Sequence record: OZ035790.1
Source of the DNA: Felixounavirus LF110P4
Length of the DNA: 64,000 nt
Reading direction: 5' to 3' (one strand)
The position numbers and the translations under genes were made by a program. Below, piece by piece: positions 1 to 10,645 of the stretch (position 1 is the first letter of the stretch; the number at the start of each line of letters is the position of its first letter). Under the pieces are notes generated by a model, which did no database searches, was not told the origin of the DNA, and saw only the letters and a program-made list of their open reading frames with translations.

Positions 1-29
1 CTGAATAATTCTATTTGCGGAGGCGCTTA

Positions 30-1631
30 ATGGACTTAAATGCTGTTAAGCAGAAGCGAGTGGAAGATGTTAGGAAAGTCCTAGCTGGAGAGTTGGGGCT
101 TTCTGATGAAGTAAAAGAAATTATCAAATCATTCGGTAAAGACCCCTCTAAATTCCTTCCAACTCAAATTCTGACTTTATTAAGATACACACCAGACCAA
201 GTTCGCCTCATCTTTAAATTGATGACTGATAAGAACTATGTAGCCCCTCAGCCGGGTTCTCAAGAGGTCTTTTTAAATACTAATGCTGACTTGGTTCTCT
301 ATGGTGGTGCTGCTGGTGCTGGTAAAACTGCCGCATTGTTAATGGACTCTTTAAGATTTATTGAAGACCCTAACTATAATGCTGTATATTTCCGTCGAAA
401 TACAACACAGTTACAAGGTGGTTTATGGCCTGCTGCAAAGAAACTATTTGGTAAGTTTGGTGGGATTCCTCACGAGCAGAAAATGACTATCACATTCCCT
501 TCTGGGGCGACTATCAAGTTTACCTACCTAGAACTTGAAAAGCACGCTGAAGGTCATCAGGGTATTGAATACTCAGCTATTTACTTTGACGAAGGTACAC
601 ACTTCTCTGCTTCACAGATTTCATACCTACAGACCCGTCTACGTTCTGGTGCTGAAGGTGATTCATACATGAAGATTTCTATGAACCCAGATAGAGACCA
701 CTTCATTTATGATTGGGTAGAGCCATTCTTAGATGAAGAAGGTTACCCAGACCCTGAGAAATGTGGTCGTATTCGTTGGTATGTTATGAATGATGGTGTG
801 ATGGTTTCTGATTGGGAGAGAGACAAGATTCTTGAAATGTTCCCTATTGAGATTCCTCAAACATACACCTTCATCTCTGGTACGATTGATGATAACCCAA
901 TCCTTGACTTCTTAGAGCCTAAGTACCGTGGTAAGTTGGAAAACAACACCCCTGTAAACGTTGCAAGACTTCGTTTCGGTAACTGGAAGGCTCGTGCAGA
1001 AGGTTCAAACTACTGGCAAAGACAATGGTGTGAGATTGTTGATTCACTCCCAGAAGATGTATTTGATGTTAGAGCATGGGACTTAGCAGCAACTTTACCA
1101 TCTGAGATTAACCCTAATCCAGACTGGACAGCAGGTGTTAAGATGGGTAAATCTAAAAAAGACGGTTGCTATTATATCATTGATGTAGTAAGATTTAGAG
1201 ATAGACCCTCTGGAGTCGAAACACAAATTAATTTGACTGCTGAAAGTGACGGTAAGCGAACTGGTATTTTTATCCCTCAAGACCCAGGCGCTGCTGGTAA
1301 ATCCTACGCAACATCCCTCATCAGGAAACTTGCCGAGAAAGGCTATCGAGCAAGAGCTAAACCAACAAATAAAGATAAAGTTACCCGCTTTGCGGGATTT
1401 TCTGCTGCTTCTGAGGCTGGACTTGTAAAAGTCTTGAGAGGTAGTTGGAATGAAGCTTACTTTCAAGAGCTTGAAGGCTTTTGTGGTGATGGCAAAACTA
1501 AAGATGACCAAGTGGATGCTACCAGTGATGCTTTCAACAGTCTTAACGAAGTTAAATTATTCAAGCCACCATCAATGGGTGCTCACACAGACTTAGTGAG
1601 GGGAAACCCATATGAGGGGCTTAGACGTTGA
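30..1631 (+). CDS. terL: terminase large subunit
   Basis: ORF 15..1631 (TTG in track; first ATG at 30). Walker A P-loop GGAAGAGKT near the N-terminus; first gene of the head module, followed by portal. Confidence 0.85.
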   Translation: MDLNAVKQKRVEDVRKVLAGELGLSDEVKEIIKSFGKDPSKFLPTQILTLLRYTPDQVRLIFKLMTDKNYVAPQPGSQEVFLNTNADLVLYGGAAGAGKTAALLMDSLRFIEDPNYNAVYFRRNTTQLQGGLWPAAKKLFGKFGGIPHEQKMTITFPSGATIKFTYLELEKHAEGHQGIEYSAIYFDEGTHFSASQISYLQTRLRSGAEGDSYMKISMNPDRDHFIYDWVEPFLDEEGYPDPEKCGRIRWYVMNDGVMVSDWERDKILEMFPIEIPQTYTFISGTIDDNPILDFLEPKYRGKLENNTPVNVARLRFGNWKARAEGSNYWQRQWCEIVDSLPEDVFDVRAWDLAATLPSEINPNPDWTAGVKMGKSKKDGCYYIIDVVRFRDRPSGVETQINLTAESDGKRTGIFIPQDPGAAGKSYATSLIRKLAEKGYRARAKPTNKDKVTRFAGFSAASEAGLVKVLRGSWNEAYFQELEGFCGDGKTKDDQVDATSDAFNSLNEVKLFKPPSMGAHTDLVRGNPYEGLRR

Positions 1632-1647
1632 TAGCTAGGTGAGAAGA

Positions 1648-3114
1648 ATGGCAGATATTACAGAAACACAAGAAAGCTTACCACCATTTAGAATGGGTGA
1701 AGTAGGTTCTTTGGGTCTGAAGGTTAAGAATGGAAGAATCTATGAAGAACCTCGTCAGGCACTAAGGTTCCCTGAAAGTATTAAAACTTTCCAATTAATG
1801 ATGCGTGACCCTGCTGTAGCAGCATCTGTAAATATTATTAAGATGTTTGTCAGAAAAGTCAACTGGAGATTCGTACCTCCAAAGGGAAAAGAGCAAGACC
1901 CTAAAATGCTTGAAAGAGCAGACTTCTTTAATTCTTTAATGGATGACATGGAGCATGATTGGGCAGATTTTATTAATTCTGTAATGTCATTCTGCACTTA
2001 TGGGTTCTGTGTTAACGAGAAAGTTTATAAGAAGCGTCAGGGTAAGAAAGGAAAGTACCAGTCAAAATTTGATGATGGTCTAATTGGATGGGCTAAATTA
2101 CCAATCAGAAACCAGTCAACGCTTGATAAGTGGTATTTTGACGAAGACTTTAGAAAAGTTACTGGTGTTAGGCAGAATCTTAGAAATGTTTCACATATTG
2201 CTGGAGCAATTAATCTTGGAGAAAGACCACTAACAAGAAAACTCCCACGAGCTAAATTCATGCTGTTTAAGTATGACGATGAATATGGAAACCCAGAAGG
2301 TCGTTCACCATTACTTAATGCCTATGTGCCGTGGAAGTATAAAGTTCAGATTGAAGAGTACGAAGCAGTCGGTGTTTCAAGAGACTTGGTAGGTATGCCA
2401 AAAATTGGTTTACCACCAGATTATCTGGATGAAAATGCAGAACCTGAAAAGAAAGCTTTCGTACAATACTGCAAAACTGTTGTTAACGATATGATTGCTA
2501 ATGATAGAGCAGGCTTAATCTGGCCTAGATATATCGACCCAGATACTAAAGAGGATATTTTCGAGTTCTCATTAGTTTCTAGACAGGGTGCTAAAGCATA
2601 CGATACAGGTTCTATTATTGACAGATATTCCAAGCAGATTATGATGGCATTTATGTCAGATGTTCTTGCTATGGGTCAGTCAAAATATGGTTCATTCTCT
2701 CTTGCAGATTCTAAGACAAGCTTACTAGCAATGTCAGTAGATATTCTGCTTAAGCAGATTAAGAACGTAATTAACCGTGATTTAGTTGCACAGACTTATG
2801 CTCTTAATATGTGGGACGATGAAGAACATGTACAAATCACTTATGATGATATCGAAACTCCAGACCTTGAAGCAATTGGTTCTTATATCCAGAAGACTGT
2901 TGCAGTAGGTGCTTTGGAAGTTGACAAAGAGCTATCTAACAAGCTTAGAGAGCATATTGGTCTTCCTCCTGCTGATGAGTCTCAGCCAGTATCTGAAAAG
3001 CTTTCTCCAAATAGCCAAAGTCGTTCAGGAGATGGTTATAAGACCGCTGGAGAAGGTACTGCAAAGACACCTTCAGCGAAAGACCCAAGCACAGCAAATA
3101 AGGCAAATAAATAA
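1648..3114 (+). CDS. portal protein
   Basis: ~490 aa ORF directly after terminase; ATG 1648 preceded by aggtga RBS; acidic/basic C-terminal tail; position and size typical of portal. Confidence 0.65.
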   Translation: MADITETQESLPPFRMGEVGSLGLKVKNGRIYEEPRQALRFPESIKTFQLMMRDPAVAASVNIIKMFVRKVNWRFVPPKGKEQDPKMLERADFFNSLMDDMEHDWADFINSVMSFCTYGFCVNEKVYKKRQGKKGKYQSKFDDGLIGWAKLPIRNQSTLDKWYFDEDFRKVTGVRQNLRNVSHIAGAINLGERPLTRKLPRAKFMLFKYDDEYGNPEGRSPLLNAYVPWKYKVQIEEYEAVGVSRDLVGMPKIGLPPDYLDENAEPEKKAFVQYCKTVVNDMIANDRAGLIWPRYIDPDTKEDIFEFSLVSRQGAKAYDTGSIIDRYSKQIMMAFMSDVLAMGQSKYGSFSLADSKTSLLAMSVDILLKQIKNVINRDLVAQTYALNMWDDEEHVQITYDDIETPDLEAIGSYIQKTVAVGALEVDKELSNKLREHIGLPPADESQPVSEKLSPNSQSRSGDGYKTAGEGTAKTPSAKDPSTANKANK

Positions 3115-3614
3115 TGGCTGAAGTTATCTCTATTTCAAATGCTACACGGGTGCATTCGTATAGAGGTGTTCTTATCATCACTGACAAGTTATCTGTAGAG
3201 GCTGGCTCAAGGGTCAGCCTTTCAGGTTATGTAAGTGATGGTGGAGCCTCTGACGTTTTCACTATTTGTAGGTTACTTGATGCACCAATGAGTGGAAAAC
3301 CGTTTATTTCAGGAAATTGTAGTGAAATTGTTAAAATTCCATTTGACAGTTCATGCCTTTTGGGTGTAAAGTTATATAACTGCGAGAATAAACGTATCAA
3401 TGTTAATAGCATTGAAGCCGCTTTCATTACCCTCGACACTGCATTTCAATCTCCAATGACAGTTAATAAAGAAACAAACAGACTTGAATACATTTTTTCA
3501 CAAAATGATTACAAAGTACTTGTCAAAGGCAAAGTATATGATATGATTGTAAATGTGGTAGATGAATCTGGTAACCATTCAACAGTCCTTAAACAAAAAG
3601 TAAGGTTTAATTAA
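3114..3614 (+). CDS. hypothetical head-module protein
   Basis: 166 aa ORF between portal and prohead protease; no recognisable motif. Confidence 0.4.
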   Translation: MAEVISISNATRVHSYRGVLIITDKLSVEAGSRVSLSGYVSDGGASDVFTICRLLDAPMSGKPFISGNCSEIVKIPFDSSCLLGVKLYNCENKRINVNSIEAAFITLDTAFQSPMTVNKETNRLEYIFSQNDYKVLVKGKVYDMIVNVVDESGNHSTVLKQKVRFN

Positions 3615-3946
3615 TGGGAACATTAACTATTGATGGTAAGAATAAAATCCTCGCCACGCTAACCCCAACGACTATTATTTTACACAATGTAGACCCAACG
3701 GCAGACCCTACAGCAAATAAGGTTACTCAGCCAGTGGCTATTTATTTTTCTGAACCGGATAATGGCTTAATTGCCTCAGAAGATACAGTTAATATTACTG
3801 TTCCAGCTTCTGCAACGGTCTCACACTATAGCTTGTGGGATGCTAACGATAAATGCGTGGCAACTGGTGCTCTTAGCAAACCTCAATTCTTTGCTGAAGA
3901 AGGTATCTATGTTATCTCTTCAGTCTCTGTAGATTTAAACAAATAG
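3614..3946 (+). CDS. hypothetical head-module protein
   Basis: 110 aa ORF, start overlaps upstream stop; head module context. Confidence 0.4.
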   Translation: MGTLTIDGKNKILATLTPTTIILHNVDPTADPTANKVTQPVAIYFSEPDNGLIASEDTVNITVPASATVSHYSLWDANDKCVATGALSKPQFFAEEGIYVISSVSVDLNK

Positions 3947-3957
3947 GGTGAGTAAAA

Positions 3958-5304
3958 ATGAGTTCGAATATCTTCAGACTTGCTGATAGATTATTCAACC
4001 AACCTTTACTAGCCACTGAATCATTAGCTCACTCAGCAGCAACTTATGTGAATAACAGATTGCTGGGTGATGTCCAAGCAGCAGTAAACTTTGATAAACC
4101 CAAAGGTGAAGCAAGAAGTCTTTTAAAAGTAAAAGATGACATTGCTATTATTCCTATTATGGGTGGTTTAACCCATCGTATGACATTCATTGATGCAATG
4201 TGTACTGGTGGATTAAGCTCTTATGAAGGTTTGCGTAGAGGCTTTGACGAAGCTTTAGCAGATGAGTCAATCAAGACTATTGTTCTGCATATTGATTCCG
4301 GTGGTGGTGAAGCTTCAGGTTGCTTTGAATTAGCACGTCACATTATGGCTTCAAGAGGCCAAAAGAAAATTATTGCTTATGTAGATGAGTTCGCTTGTTC
4401 CGCTGCATACGCTCTTGCATCTTCTGCTGAAGAAATTATTGCATCACCAGATGCAGATGTTGGTTCTATTGGTGTAATTATGGTTCATCAGGAATTAACT
4501 AAGGCATTTGAAAAGAATGGCGTAACAATTAACGTCATCAAAGCTGGTGAGTTTAAAGGTATGGGTTCACCATTCCAAGCACTCTCAGAAGAAAGCAAAG
4601 AAAGACTTCAAAAGAGAATTAATGATACCTACGCAACCTTTACAGGTTTTGTAGCCGAATCTCGTAATCTCTCTGAAGAAGCTGTAAAGAATACTGAGGC
4701 GAATGTTTATTCTGCTCAGGAAGCTCTTGAACTTGGTTTAATTAACTCAATCATGTCTCAAGATGATTTCTTAAATTACTTACAAGGTTCTGAAGAGGCT
4801 CCTGTAAGTTTAAACGTTAACAATTCAGGTGAAGAAATGACTGAACAAGAAAAGCAAGAACTAGAAGCTTTGCGTCTTCAGGTTGCTCAAATGAAAGCTA
4901 AAGAACAGGAAGCTGCTTTGTCAGATTTGACTAATAAGATTTCTGCTTCTGCTGAAGCTTTTGGATTTGATGCAAAAGAAGCTGCAACGACTATTTTAGG
5001 TGCTGGTCTTGATAACCCTCTGAGTGTTCTATTTATGAATGCTATGGAAGGTGCTAACCAGAAACTTAATGAAACTATCGCGTCCCATGCTTCTGCAATG
5101 GAAGAAAAAGAATCAGAAATTACCAAGCTGAAAGAAACTGCTGGTGCTGTTCTTGAACATTCCAACGCTATGGAAGAAGTGGGTAATGACGGCGAAGCTG
5201 ATTTGGTTGAAGAAGAAAAAGAACCAGCTAAGAATGCTTCCGAAGACACCGCTGAACAACGCAAACTGGCTCTCCAGAATGCTCTAAAATCTCTTATCAA
5301 ATAA
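3958..5304 (+). CDS. prohead protease / scaffold fusion (S49 ClpP-like peptidase with C-terminal coiled-coil acidic scaffold domain)
   Basis: N-terminal half resembles S49/SppA-type serine peptidases (HIDSGGGEASG, VDEFACSAAYALAS); C-terminal ~170 aa is E/K/A-rich and coiled-coil-like; sits between portal and capsid. Confidence 0.7.
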   Translation: MSSNIFRLADRLFNQPLLATESLAHSAATYVNNRLLGDVQAAVNFDKPKGEARSLLKVKDDIAIIPIMGGLTHRMTFIDAMCTGGLSSYEGLRRGFDEALADESIKTIVLHIDSGGGEASGCFELARHIMASRGQKKIIAYVDEFACSAAYALASSAEEIIASPDADVGSIGVIMVHQELTKAFEKNGVTINVIKAGEFKGMGSPFQALSEESKERLQKRINDTYATFTGFVAESRNLSEEAVKNTEANVYSAQEALELGLINSIMSQDDFLNYLQGSEEAPVSLNVNNSGEEMTEQEKQELEALRLQVAQMKAKEQEAALSDLTNKISASAEAFGFDAKEAATTILGAGLDNPLSVLFMNAMEGANQKLNETIASHASAMEEKESEITKLKETAGAVLEHSNAMEEVGNDGEADLVEEEKEPAKNASEDTAEQRKLALQNALKSLIK

Positions 5305-5315
5305 GGAACACAATA

Positions 5316-5693
5316 ATGGCATATCAAGGTTTTACTAAGTTAGGTAACAGAGAACCTCTGAATGATATCATTCTTTGGGAACAGATTACCCCAACAGGCC
5401 ACTCTCGTAAAGAGTACACTCCAGTTGCTTCAACAGAATACCGTGTAGGTGAAGTTCTGAAAGCAGATGGTACTAAGGTACAAGCTGGAGAAGAAGCCCA
5501 AGCAGACTCTGTATGTATCGTTAATTTCTACGCAGACCTGCAACTGTCTTATCATGGTCAGTTGAAAGTGGTAGGTATCCACCGTGATGCAGAACTAAAA
5601 GACCTGCTGACTCTTGAATCAAGCGTTAATGCTGATGAAGTCAAGAAAGCTTTGGCTGCTAAAGGTATCGATTTCGTACCAACTGGCCTGTAA
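5316..5693 (+). CDS. putative head decoration protein
   Basis: 125 aa ORF between protease and major capsid gene (lambda C-D-E-like order); optimal-codon-rich. Confidence 0.4.
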   Translation: MAYQGFTKLGNREPLNDIILWEQITPTGHSRKEYTPVASTEYRVGEVLKADGTKVQAGEEAQADSVCIVNFYADLQLSYHGQLKVVGIHRDAELKDLLTLESSVNADEVKKALAAKGIDFVPTGL

Positions 5694-5726
5694 TAACAAT
5701 AATAAGACCTTCTGGAGAATTTTACA

Positions 5727-6833
5727 ATGTTGACTAATTCTGAAAAAAGCAGATTTTTCCTTGCTGACCTGACTGGTGAAGTCCAGTCTATCCCAAATAC
5801 TTATGGGTATATTTCCAACTTAGGTCTGTTCCGTTCAGCACCAATCACCCAAACGACTTTCCTTATGGACTTGACTGATTGGGATGTTAGCTTGCTTGAT
5901 GCGGTAGACCGTGATAGCCGTAAAGCAGAGACTAGCGCACCTGAGCGTGTTCGTCAAATTAGCTTCCCAATGATGTATTTCAAAGAAGTTGAAAGCATCA
6001 CTCCTGATGAGATTCAGGGTGTACGTCAGCCAGGCACTGCAAACGAACTGACTACTGAAGCTGTAGTACGTGCTAAGAAGCTGATGAAGATTCGTACCAA
6101 GTTCGATATTACTCGTGAGTTCCTGTTTATGCAAGCTCTGAAGGGTAAAGTTGTCGATGCTCGTGGTACTCTGTACGCTGACCTGTACAAGCAGTTCGAC
6201 GTTGAGAAGAAGACTGTTTACTTCGACCTTGACAATCCTAATGCTGACATCGATGCTTCTATCGAAGAACTGCGTATGCACATGGAAGACGAAGCTAAGA
6301 CTGGCACTGTAATCAACGGTGAAGAAATTCACGTAGTTGTTGACCGTGTATTCTTCAGCAAACTGGTTAAGCATCCTAAGATTCGTGACGCTTATCTTGC
6401 ACAGCAGACTCCACTGGCTTGGCAACAGATTACTGGTTCTCTGAGAACTGGTGGTACTGACGGCGTTCAGGCTCATATGAACACCTTCTACTACGGTGGT
6501 GTTAAGTTTGTCCAGTACAACGGTAAGTTCAAAGACAAGCGTGGTAAGGTTCACACTCTGGTGAGCATTGATAGTGTAGCAGCAACTGTTGGTGTTGGTC
6601 ATGCCTTCCCTAACGTATCTATGCTGGGTGAAGCTAACAACATCTTCGAAGTGGCATATGGCCCATGTCCTAAGATGGGTTATGCAAATACACTTGGTCA
6701 GGAACTGTACGTATTCGAATACGAAAAAGACCGTGACGAAGGTATTGACTTCGAAGCTCACTCTTACATGCTGCCATACTGCACTCGTCCTCAGTTGCTG
6801 GTAGATGTTCGCGCTGACGCTAAAGGTGGCTAA
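5727..6833 (+). CDS. major capsid protein
   Basis: 368 aa ORF after protease and decoration genes; strongly biased codon usage (CTG, CGT, GGT, AAC) suggests high expression; synteny. Confidence 0.7.
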   Translation: MLTNSEKSRFFLADLTGEVQSIPNTYGYISNLGLFRSAPITQTTFLMDLTDWDVSLLDAVDRDSRKAETSAPERVRQISFPMMYFKEVESITPDEIQGVRQPGTANELTTEAVVRAKKLMKIRTKFDITREFLFMQALKGKVVDARGTLYADLYKQFDVEKKTVYFDLDNPNADIDASIEELRMHMEDEAKTGTVINGEEIHVVVDRVFFSKLVKHPKIRDAYLAQQTPLAWQQITGSLRTGGTDGVQAHMNTFYYGGVKFVQYNGKFKDKRGKVHTLVSIDSVAATVGVGHAFPNVSMLGEANNIFEVAYGPCPKMGYANTLGQELYVFEYEKDRDEGIDFEAHSYMLPYCTRPQLLVDVRADAKGG

Positions 6834-6853
6834 TAAACTTAGGAGGGTTATGA

Positions 6854-7303
6854 ATGTGTTATACAGGCGACCCAGCCAATAACCCTCTTGATAGAGTAAG
6901 AATCCTCTGCACAGACACCAATAATGATGAAATTCTTATTGAACAGTCTGTGCTAGAGTGGTTCTATCTAGAATCTGGAAAGGATGAAAAGAAAGCAGCC
7001 ATCAAAGCTCTTAAATATTTACTCTTTCAAGTAGCCAAGATGGGAGATGAGAAGGTTGGTGGTGTTTATTTACGTAACTCTTCCAGATTCAAATCTCTGA
7101 AAGCTGTTTATGATGACCTTGTTAAAAGCTCTGTTTCAGGACTACCCTATGCAGGTGGTATTAATCAGTGTGATATTGATATGCGTCGTCAGAATCCTTG
7201 CTCTGTCAAGAAATACACAGAATATGGTGATGCTGCCAGATACGAAGGCAGAGATTACTGCAACCGTGTTAATGGCGTATTTATTATCGAGCGAGATGAA
7301 TAA
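6854..7303 (+). CDS. hypothetical head-tail joining protein
   Basis: 149 aa ORF with strong aggagg RBS; between capsid and sheath. Confidence 0.4.
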   Translation: MCYTGDPANNPLDRVRILCTDTNNDEILIEQSVLEWFYLESGKDEKKAAIKALKYLLFQVAKMGDEKVGGVYLRNSSRFKSLKAVYDDLVKSSVSGLPYAGGINQCDIDMRRQNPCSVKKYTEYGDAARYEGRDYCNRVNGVFIIERDE

Positions 7304-7785
7304 TGGTTAAAAGGGTTATTCACCCCGCGAGAGCAAAATTAGTCGGGGCTATGAAGAACTTGCAAACGGCTAATGCTCAAGTTGGGTATTTTCAAGAACA
7401 AGGTCAACATAGCTCTGGTTTTTCTTATCCTGCTTTAATGTATTTACAAGAAGTTATTGGGGTTCCTTCAGCTTCTGGTAAAGTATATCGTAGGTTGTTT
7501 GAAATCACTATGATGCTAAACAAACAGACCTTGTTAGAGCAGACTAAGAAGAATCTATATAAGCAACTTAGCAGTCTCAACACAGACCCTTCAAATACCT
7601 TAGAAGCATTTGCAAAGAATGCTCAAAAGGCAATTAAAAGAGGTTTTGGTAATTCTGCTATCCTCCCTCCTAACGCACCTTCCACAGTCAAGAAAAAAGG
7701 CTTTAACGCACCTCTTGTTGAGACAGGTGACTTAAGAGATAACCTTGCTTATAAAATTTCTACTAAGAAGGGTATTAAGAAATGA
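7303..7785 (+). CDS. hypothetical head-tail connector/completion protein
   Basis: 160 aa ORF, start coupled to upstream stop; synteny. Confidence 0.4.
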   Translation: MVKRVIHPARAKLVGAMKNLQTANAQVGYFQEQGQHSSGFSYPALMYLQEVIGVPSASGKVYRRLFEITMMLNKQTLLEQTKKNLYKQLSSLNTDPSNTLEAFAKNAQKAIKRGFGNSAILPPNAPSTVKKKGFNAPLVETGDLRDNLAYKISTKKGIKK

Positions 7786-8183
7786 GACTCTTAAACAGAC
7801 ACAGCTTTGTAGTAAAGCGTAAAGTCTCTGAAGACGGCTATTATAATGATGATGGTGATTGGGTAGCTTCACAAGATATTGTAGAGGTTAACTGCAAAGG
7901 TAATATCCAGCCATATATCAAAGGTTCTGTAAAGAATGGTACACAGATTGCTTTACCGGAAGGTATTAGACTCACCGATACAAGAATCCTGTATACCACA
8001 TATAAACTTAGAACTTCAGATGATGTAGAGTGGAATGAGTCTGATATTGTTATGATTGATGGTCATGAGTATGAAGTATTTATGACTATGGATTGGTCAC
8101 AGCAATTAGCCCATACGTCCCATTATGAATATATCATTATTAGAAGGGATAAAATGAATGCAGTTAGAAACAGCAGAACTTGA
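7782..8183 (+). CDS. hypothetical head-tail connector/completion protein
   Basis: 133 aa ORF overlapping neighbours by a few nt. Confidence 0.4.
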   Translation: MRLLNRHSFVVKRKVSEDGYYNDDGDWVASQDIVEVNCKGNIQPYIKGSVKNGTQIALPEGIRLTDTRILYTTYKLRTSDDVEWNESDIVMIDGHEYEVFMTMDWSQQLAHTSHYEYIIIRRDKMNAVRNSRT

Positions 8184-8757
8184 AAAAGGTCTAGTTAGAA
8201 CCTTAGTGGATGTTATTGGTCACAGATTAGCTCGTGATAAAAATAATAGACCAAACGTAATTAGAGCTTACCCTTCTGATAACTCAAATGACAAAGGTTT
8301 AAAACCTGACCAGCCATTTATCACCGTATATTGTCAAGATGCTGCAACACCTTATGGTTGGGTTCTGGATAAGTTTGTTGAGGATGATGTAGTTTGCTAC
8401 AGAATTGCTTTTCAGATTCCAGTATTAATTACGGTGAATGGTAAAGGTGCTCACAGTATTATGCTTGAGCTTAAACAACGATTAGAGATGAGTTCAGTCA
8501 GAGATTTAATCCTTGAAGAAACAGGGGCTACAGTACTAGACACTGGAGCAATCCCGAATGACTATACTTATCTCAATACAGATTTCGAAAATTCTGCACC
8601 TCTTGTTGTAACTCTTGTAAAAAACTCAGTCCTGAAAGATGAACGTGGAAGTATTATTGAGCGTGTCATTGTTGATGGTGAGTTGGTTTATGAAGAAGGA
8701 CAAGAGCCACCAGAATATACTATCCATCTAGATGTAGACTCCAAAGGGGTAAAATAA
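8158..8757 (+). CDS. hypothetical tail completion protein
   Basis: 199 aa ORF directly upstream of sheath gene. Confidence 0.4.
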   Translation: MQLETAELEKGLVRTLVDVIGHRLARDKNNRPNVIRAYPSDNSNDKGLKPDQPFITVYCQDAATPYGWVLDKFVEDDVVCYRIAFQIPVLITVNGKGAHSIMLELKQRLEMSSVRDLILEETGATVLDTGAIPNDYTYLNTDFENSAPLVVTLVKNSVLKDERGSIIERVIVDGELVYEEGQEPPEYTIHLDVDSKGVK

Positions 8758-10110
8758 ATGTGGAATCCAATTGTTAATGTAGATATTACATTGAACACCG
8801 CAGGAACTACAAGAGAAGGTTTTGGCTTGCCACTATTCTTAGCTTCAACAGACAACTTTGAAGAAAGAGTCCGTGGTTACACTTCCTTAACTGAAGTTGC
8901 TGAAGATTTCGATGAAAACTCTGCTGCATATAAGGCTGCTAAACAACTTTGGAGTCAGACTCCTAAAGTAACTCAGCTTTATATTGGTAGACGTGCTATG
9001 CAGTACACTGTATCAATCCCTAATGCTGTTACTGAAAGTACTGACTATTCAATTACTGTAGCTGCTGGCGGTGGAATTTCTCAACCATACCAGTACACAG
9101 CACAAGATTCAGACACTGCTGAGAACGTGTTGCAACAGTTTAAAACACAGATTGAAGCTGACCCAACAATCAAAGATAAGGTTTCTGTGAACGTAACTGG
9201 TAGCAATGGTTCTGCCACAATGGTTATTACCAAAGCTGGTGATAATGACTTTGTGAAAGTAACAACTACAGCACAGACTGTATATATTGCAAGTACAACT
9301 GCCGATACAGCATCAACTGCTCTGGCAGCTATTGAAGCTTATTCTACTGACTGGTATTTCATTGCAGCAGAAGATAGAACTCAACAGTTTGTCTTAGCAA
9401 TGGCTTCTGAGATTCAGGCTCGCAAGAAAATCTTCTTTACAGCTAACTCCGATGTAACAGCACTGCAAGGTACAGAGTTAGCCAGTGCAAATGATGTTCC
9501 AGCACAGCTTGCTAAGAGTATGTATACTCGCACAGTTTGCTTGTGGCATCACACAGCGGCAGAAGATTATCCAGAGATGGCATACATTGCTTATGGTGCT
9601 CCATATGATGCAGGTTCAATTGCTTGGGGTAATGCTCAGCTAACTGGTGTAGCTGCTTCTCTACAGCCAGCTAATAAGAGACCTCTGACAAGTATTCAGA
9701 AGTCAGCTTTAGATGCACGTCACTGTAACTTTATTGACCTTGATGGTGGTGTTCCAGTGGTTCGTAGAGGGATTACTTCTGGTGGGGAGTGGATTGATAT
9801 CGTCCGTGGTGTTGACTGGTTAGAATCAGACCTGAAAACTTCTCTGAGAGACTTGCTAATTAACCAGAAGGGTGGTAAGATTACTTATGATGATACTGGT
9901 ATTACCCGTATTCGTCAAGTCATTGAAACCTCTCTACAAAGAGCAGTCAACAGAAACTTCCTGTCATCTTACACAGTTAATGTTCCTAAAGCCTCTCAAG
10001 TTGCTTTAGCAGACAAGAAAGCACGTATCCTAAAAGACGTTACCTTCGCAGGTATCTTAGCAGGTGCTATCTTGGATGTTGACTTGAAAGGTACAGTGGC
10101 TTACGAATAA
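8758..10110 (+). CDS. tail sheath protein
   Basis: 450 aa ORF followed by a ~150 aa tube gene, chaperone pair and tape measure: canonical contractile-tail order. Confidence 0.65.
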   Translation: MWNPIVNVDITLNTAGTTREGFGLPLFLASTDNFEERVRGYTSLTEVAEDFDENSAAYKAAKQLWSQTPKVTQLYIGRRAMQYTVSIPNAVTESTDYSITVAAGGGISQPYQYTAQDSDTAENVLQQFKTQIEADPTIKDKVSVNVTGSNGSATMVITKAGDNDFVKVTTTAQTVYIASTTADTASTALAAIEAYSTDWYFIAAEDRTQQFVLAMASEIQARKKIFFTANSDVTALQGTELASANDVPAQLAKSMYTRTVCLWHHTAAEDYPEMAYIAYGAPYDAGSIAWGNAQLTGVAASLQPANKRPLTSIQKSALDARHCNFIDLDGGVPVVRRGITSGGEWIDIVRGVDWLESDLKTSLRDLLINQKGGKITYDDTGITRIRQVIETSLQRAVNRNFLSSYTVNVPKASQVALADKKARILKDVTFAGILAGAILDVDLKGTVAYE

Positions 10111-10125
10111 TAGAGGTAAATTGGA

Positions 10126-10572
10126 ATGGCTATGTATCAGCAATATTCCCCTAAAGACGTTGTATGTAGCTGGAATGGTATTGCCATTGAAGGCTTTGCC
10201 CCAGACTCATTCTTGCGTCTACAGAGAACATCACCACTTGTGACACCAGTTGTTGGTGCAGGTGGTCAGGTTGCTCTGACAAGAAATGCAGACAAGACAG
10301 GTACTATCGAGATTGAGTTAATGCAGACTTCTCTCTCTAACCAGATGCTTTCTGCAATTCAAGCTAAACAAGACAATATGGAACTTGAAGAAGACATCTC
10401 TTCTAACTTCGTAATCTACGACCCATCAGGCTCTGTTCTGGCAACTGGTATTAATGCTTGGTTGCAGGAGTTACCACAGATTGAACTTGGTCGTGACCAG
10501 AACTCTAAAACTTGGATTTTTGGTTGTGAGAAGCTAGACTACACTTCTACAATTCCAGCGTCAAGTGTTTAA
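10126..10572 (+). CDS. tail tube protein
   Basis: 148 aa ORF after sheath; followed by intrinsic terminator. Confidence 0.6.
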   Translation: MAMYQQYSPKDVVCSWNGIAIEGFAPDSFLRLQRTSPLVTPVVGAGGQVALTRNADKTGTIEIELMQTSLSNQMLSAIQAKQDNMELEEDISSNFVIYDPSGSVLATGINAWLQELPQIELGRDQNSKTWIFGCEKLDYTSTIPASSV

Positions 10573-10584
10573 TAAATCCTATAA

Positions 10585-10616
10585 GGGGGAGACTTTAAAA
10601 GGTCTTCCCCTTTTTT
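10585..10616 (+). terminator. intrinsic terminator after tail tube gene
   Basis: gggggagac-loop-ggtcttcccc then TTTTTTGTTT. Confidence 0.65.
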
Positions 10617-10645
10617 GTTTCTTTTAAAAGTATTAAGGAATCACA

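Noticed and set aside
5835-6761. 308-aa minus-strand ORF lying entirely inside the major capsid gene
   Set aside because: Antisense to a strongly codon-biased + strand gene, with no RBS and implausible composition; an antisense artefact. The same applies to other track ORFs nested antisense or out-of-frame within confident genes (for example 1095..1511, 4887..5327, 18223..18750, 32267..32662, 33518..34366, 56935..57462, 61443..62117).
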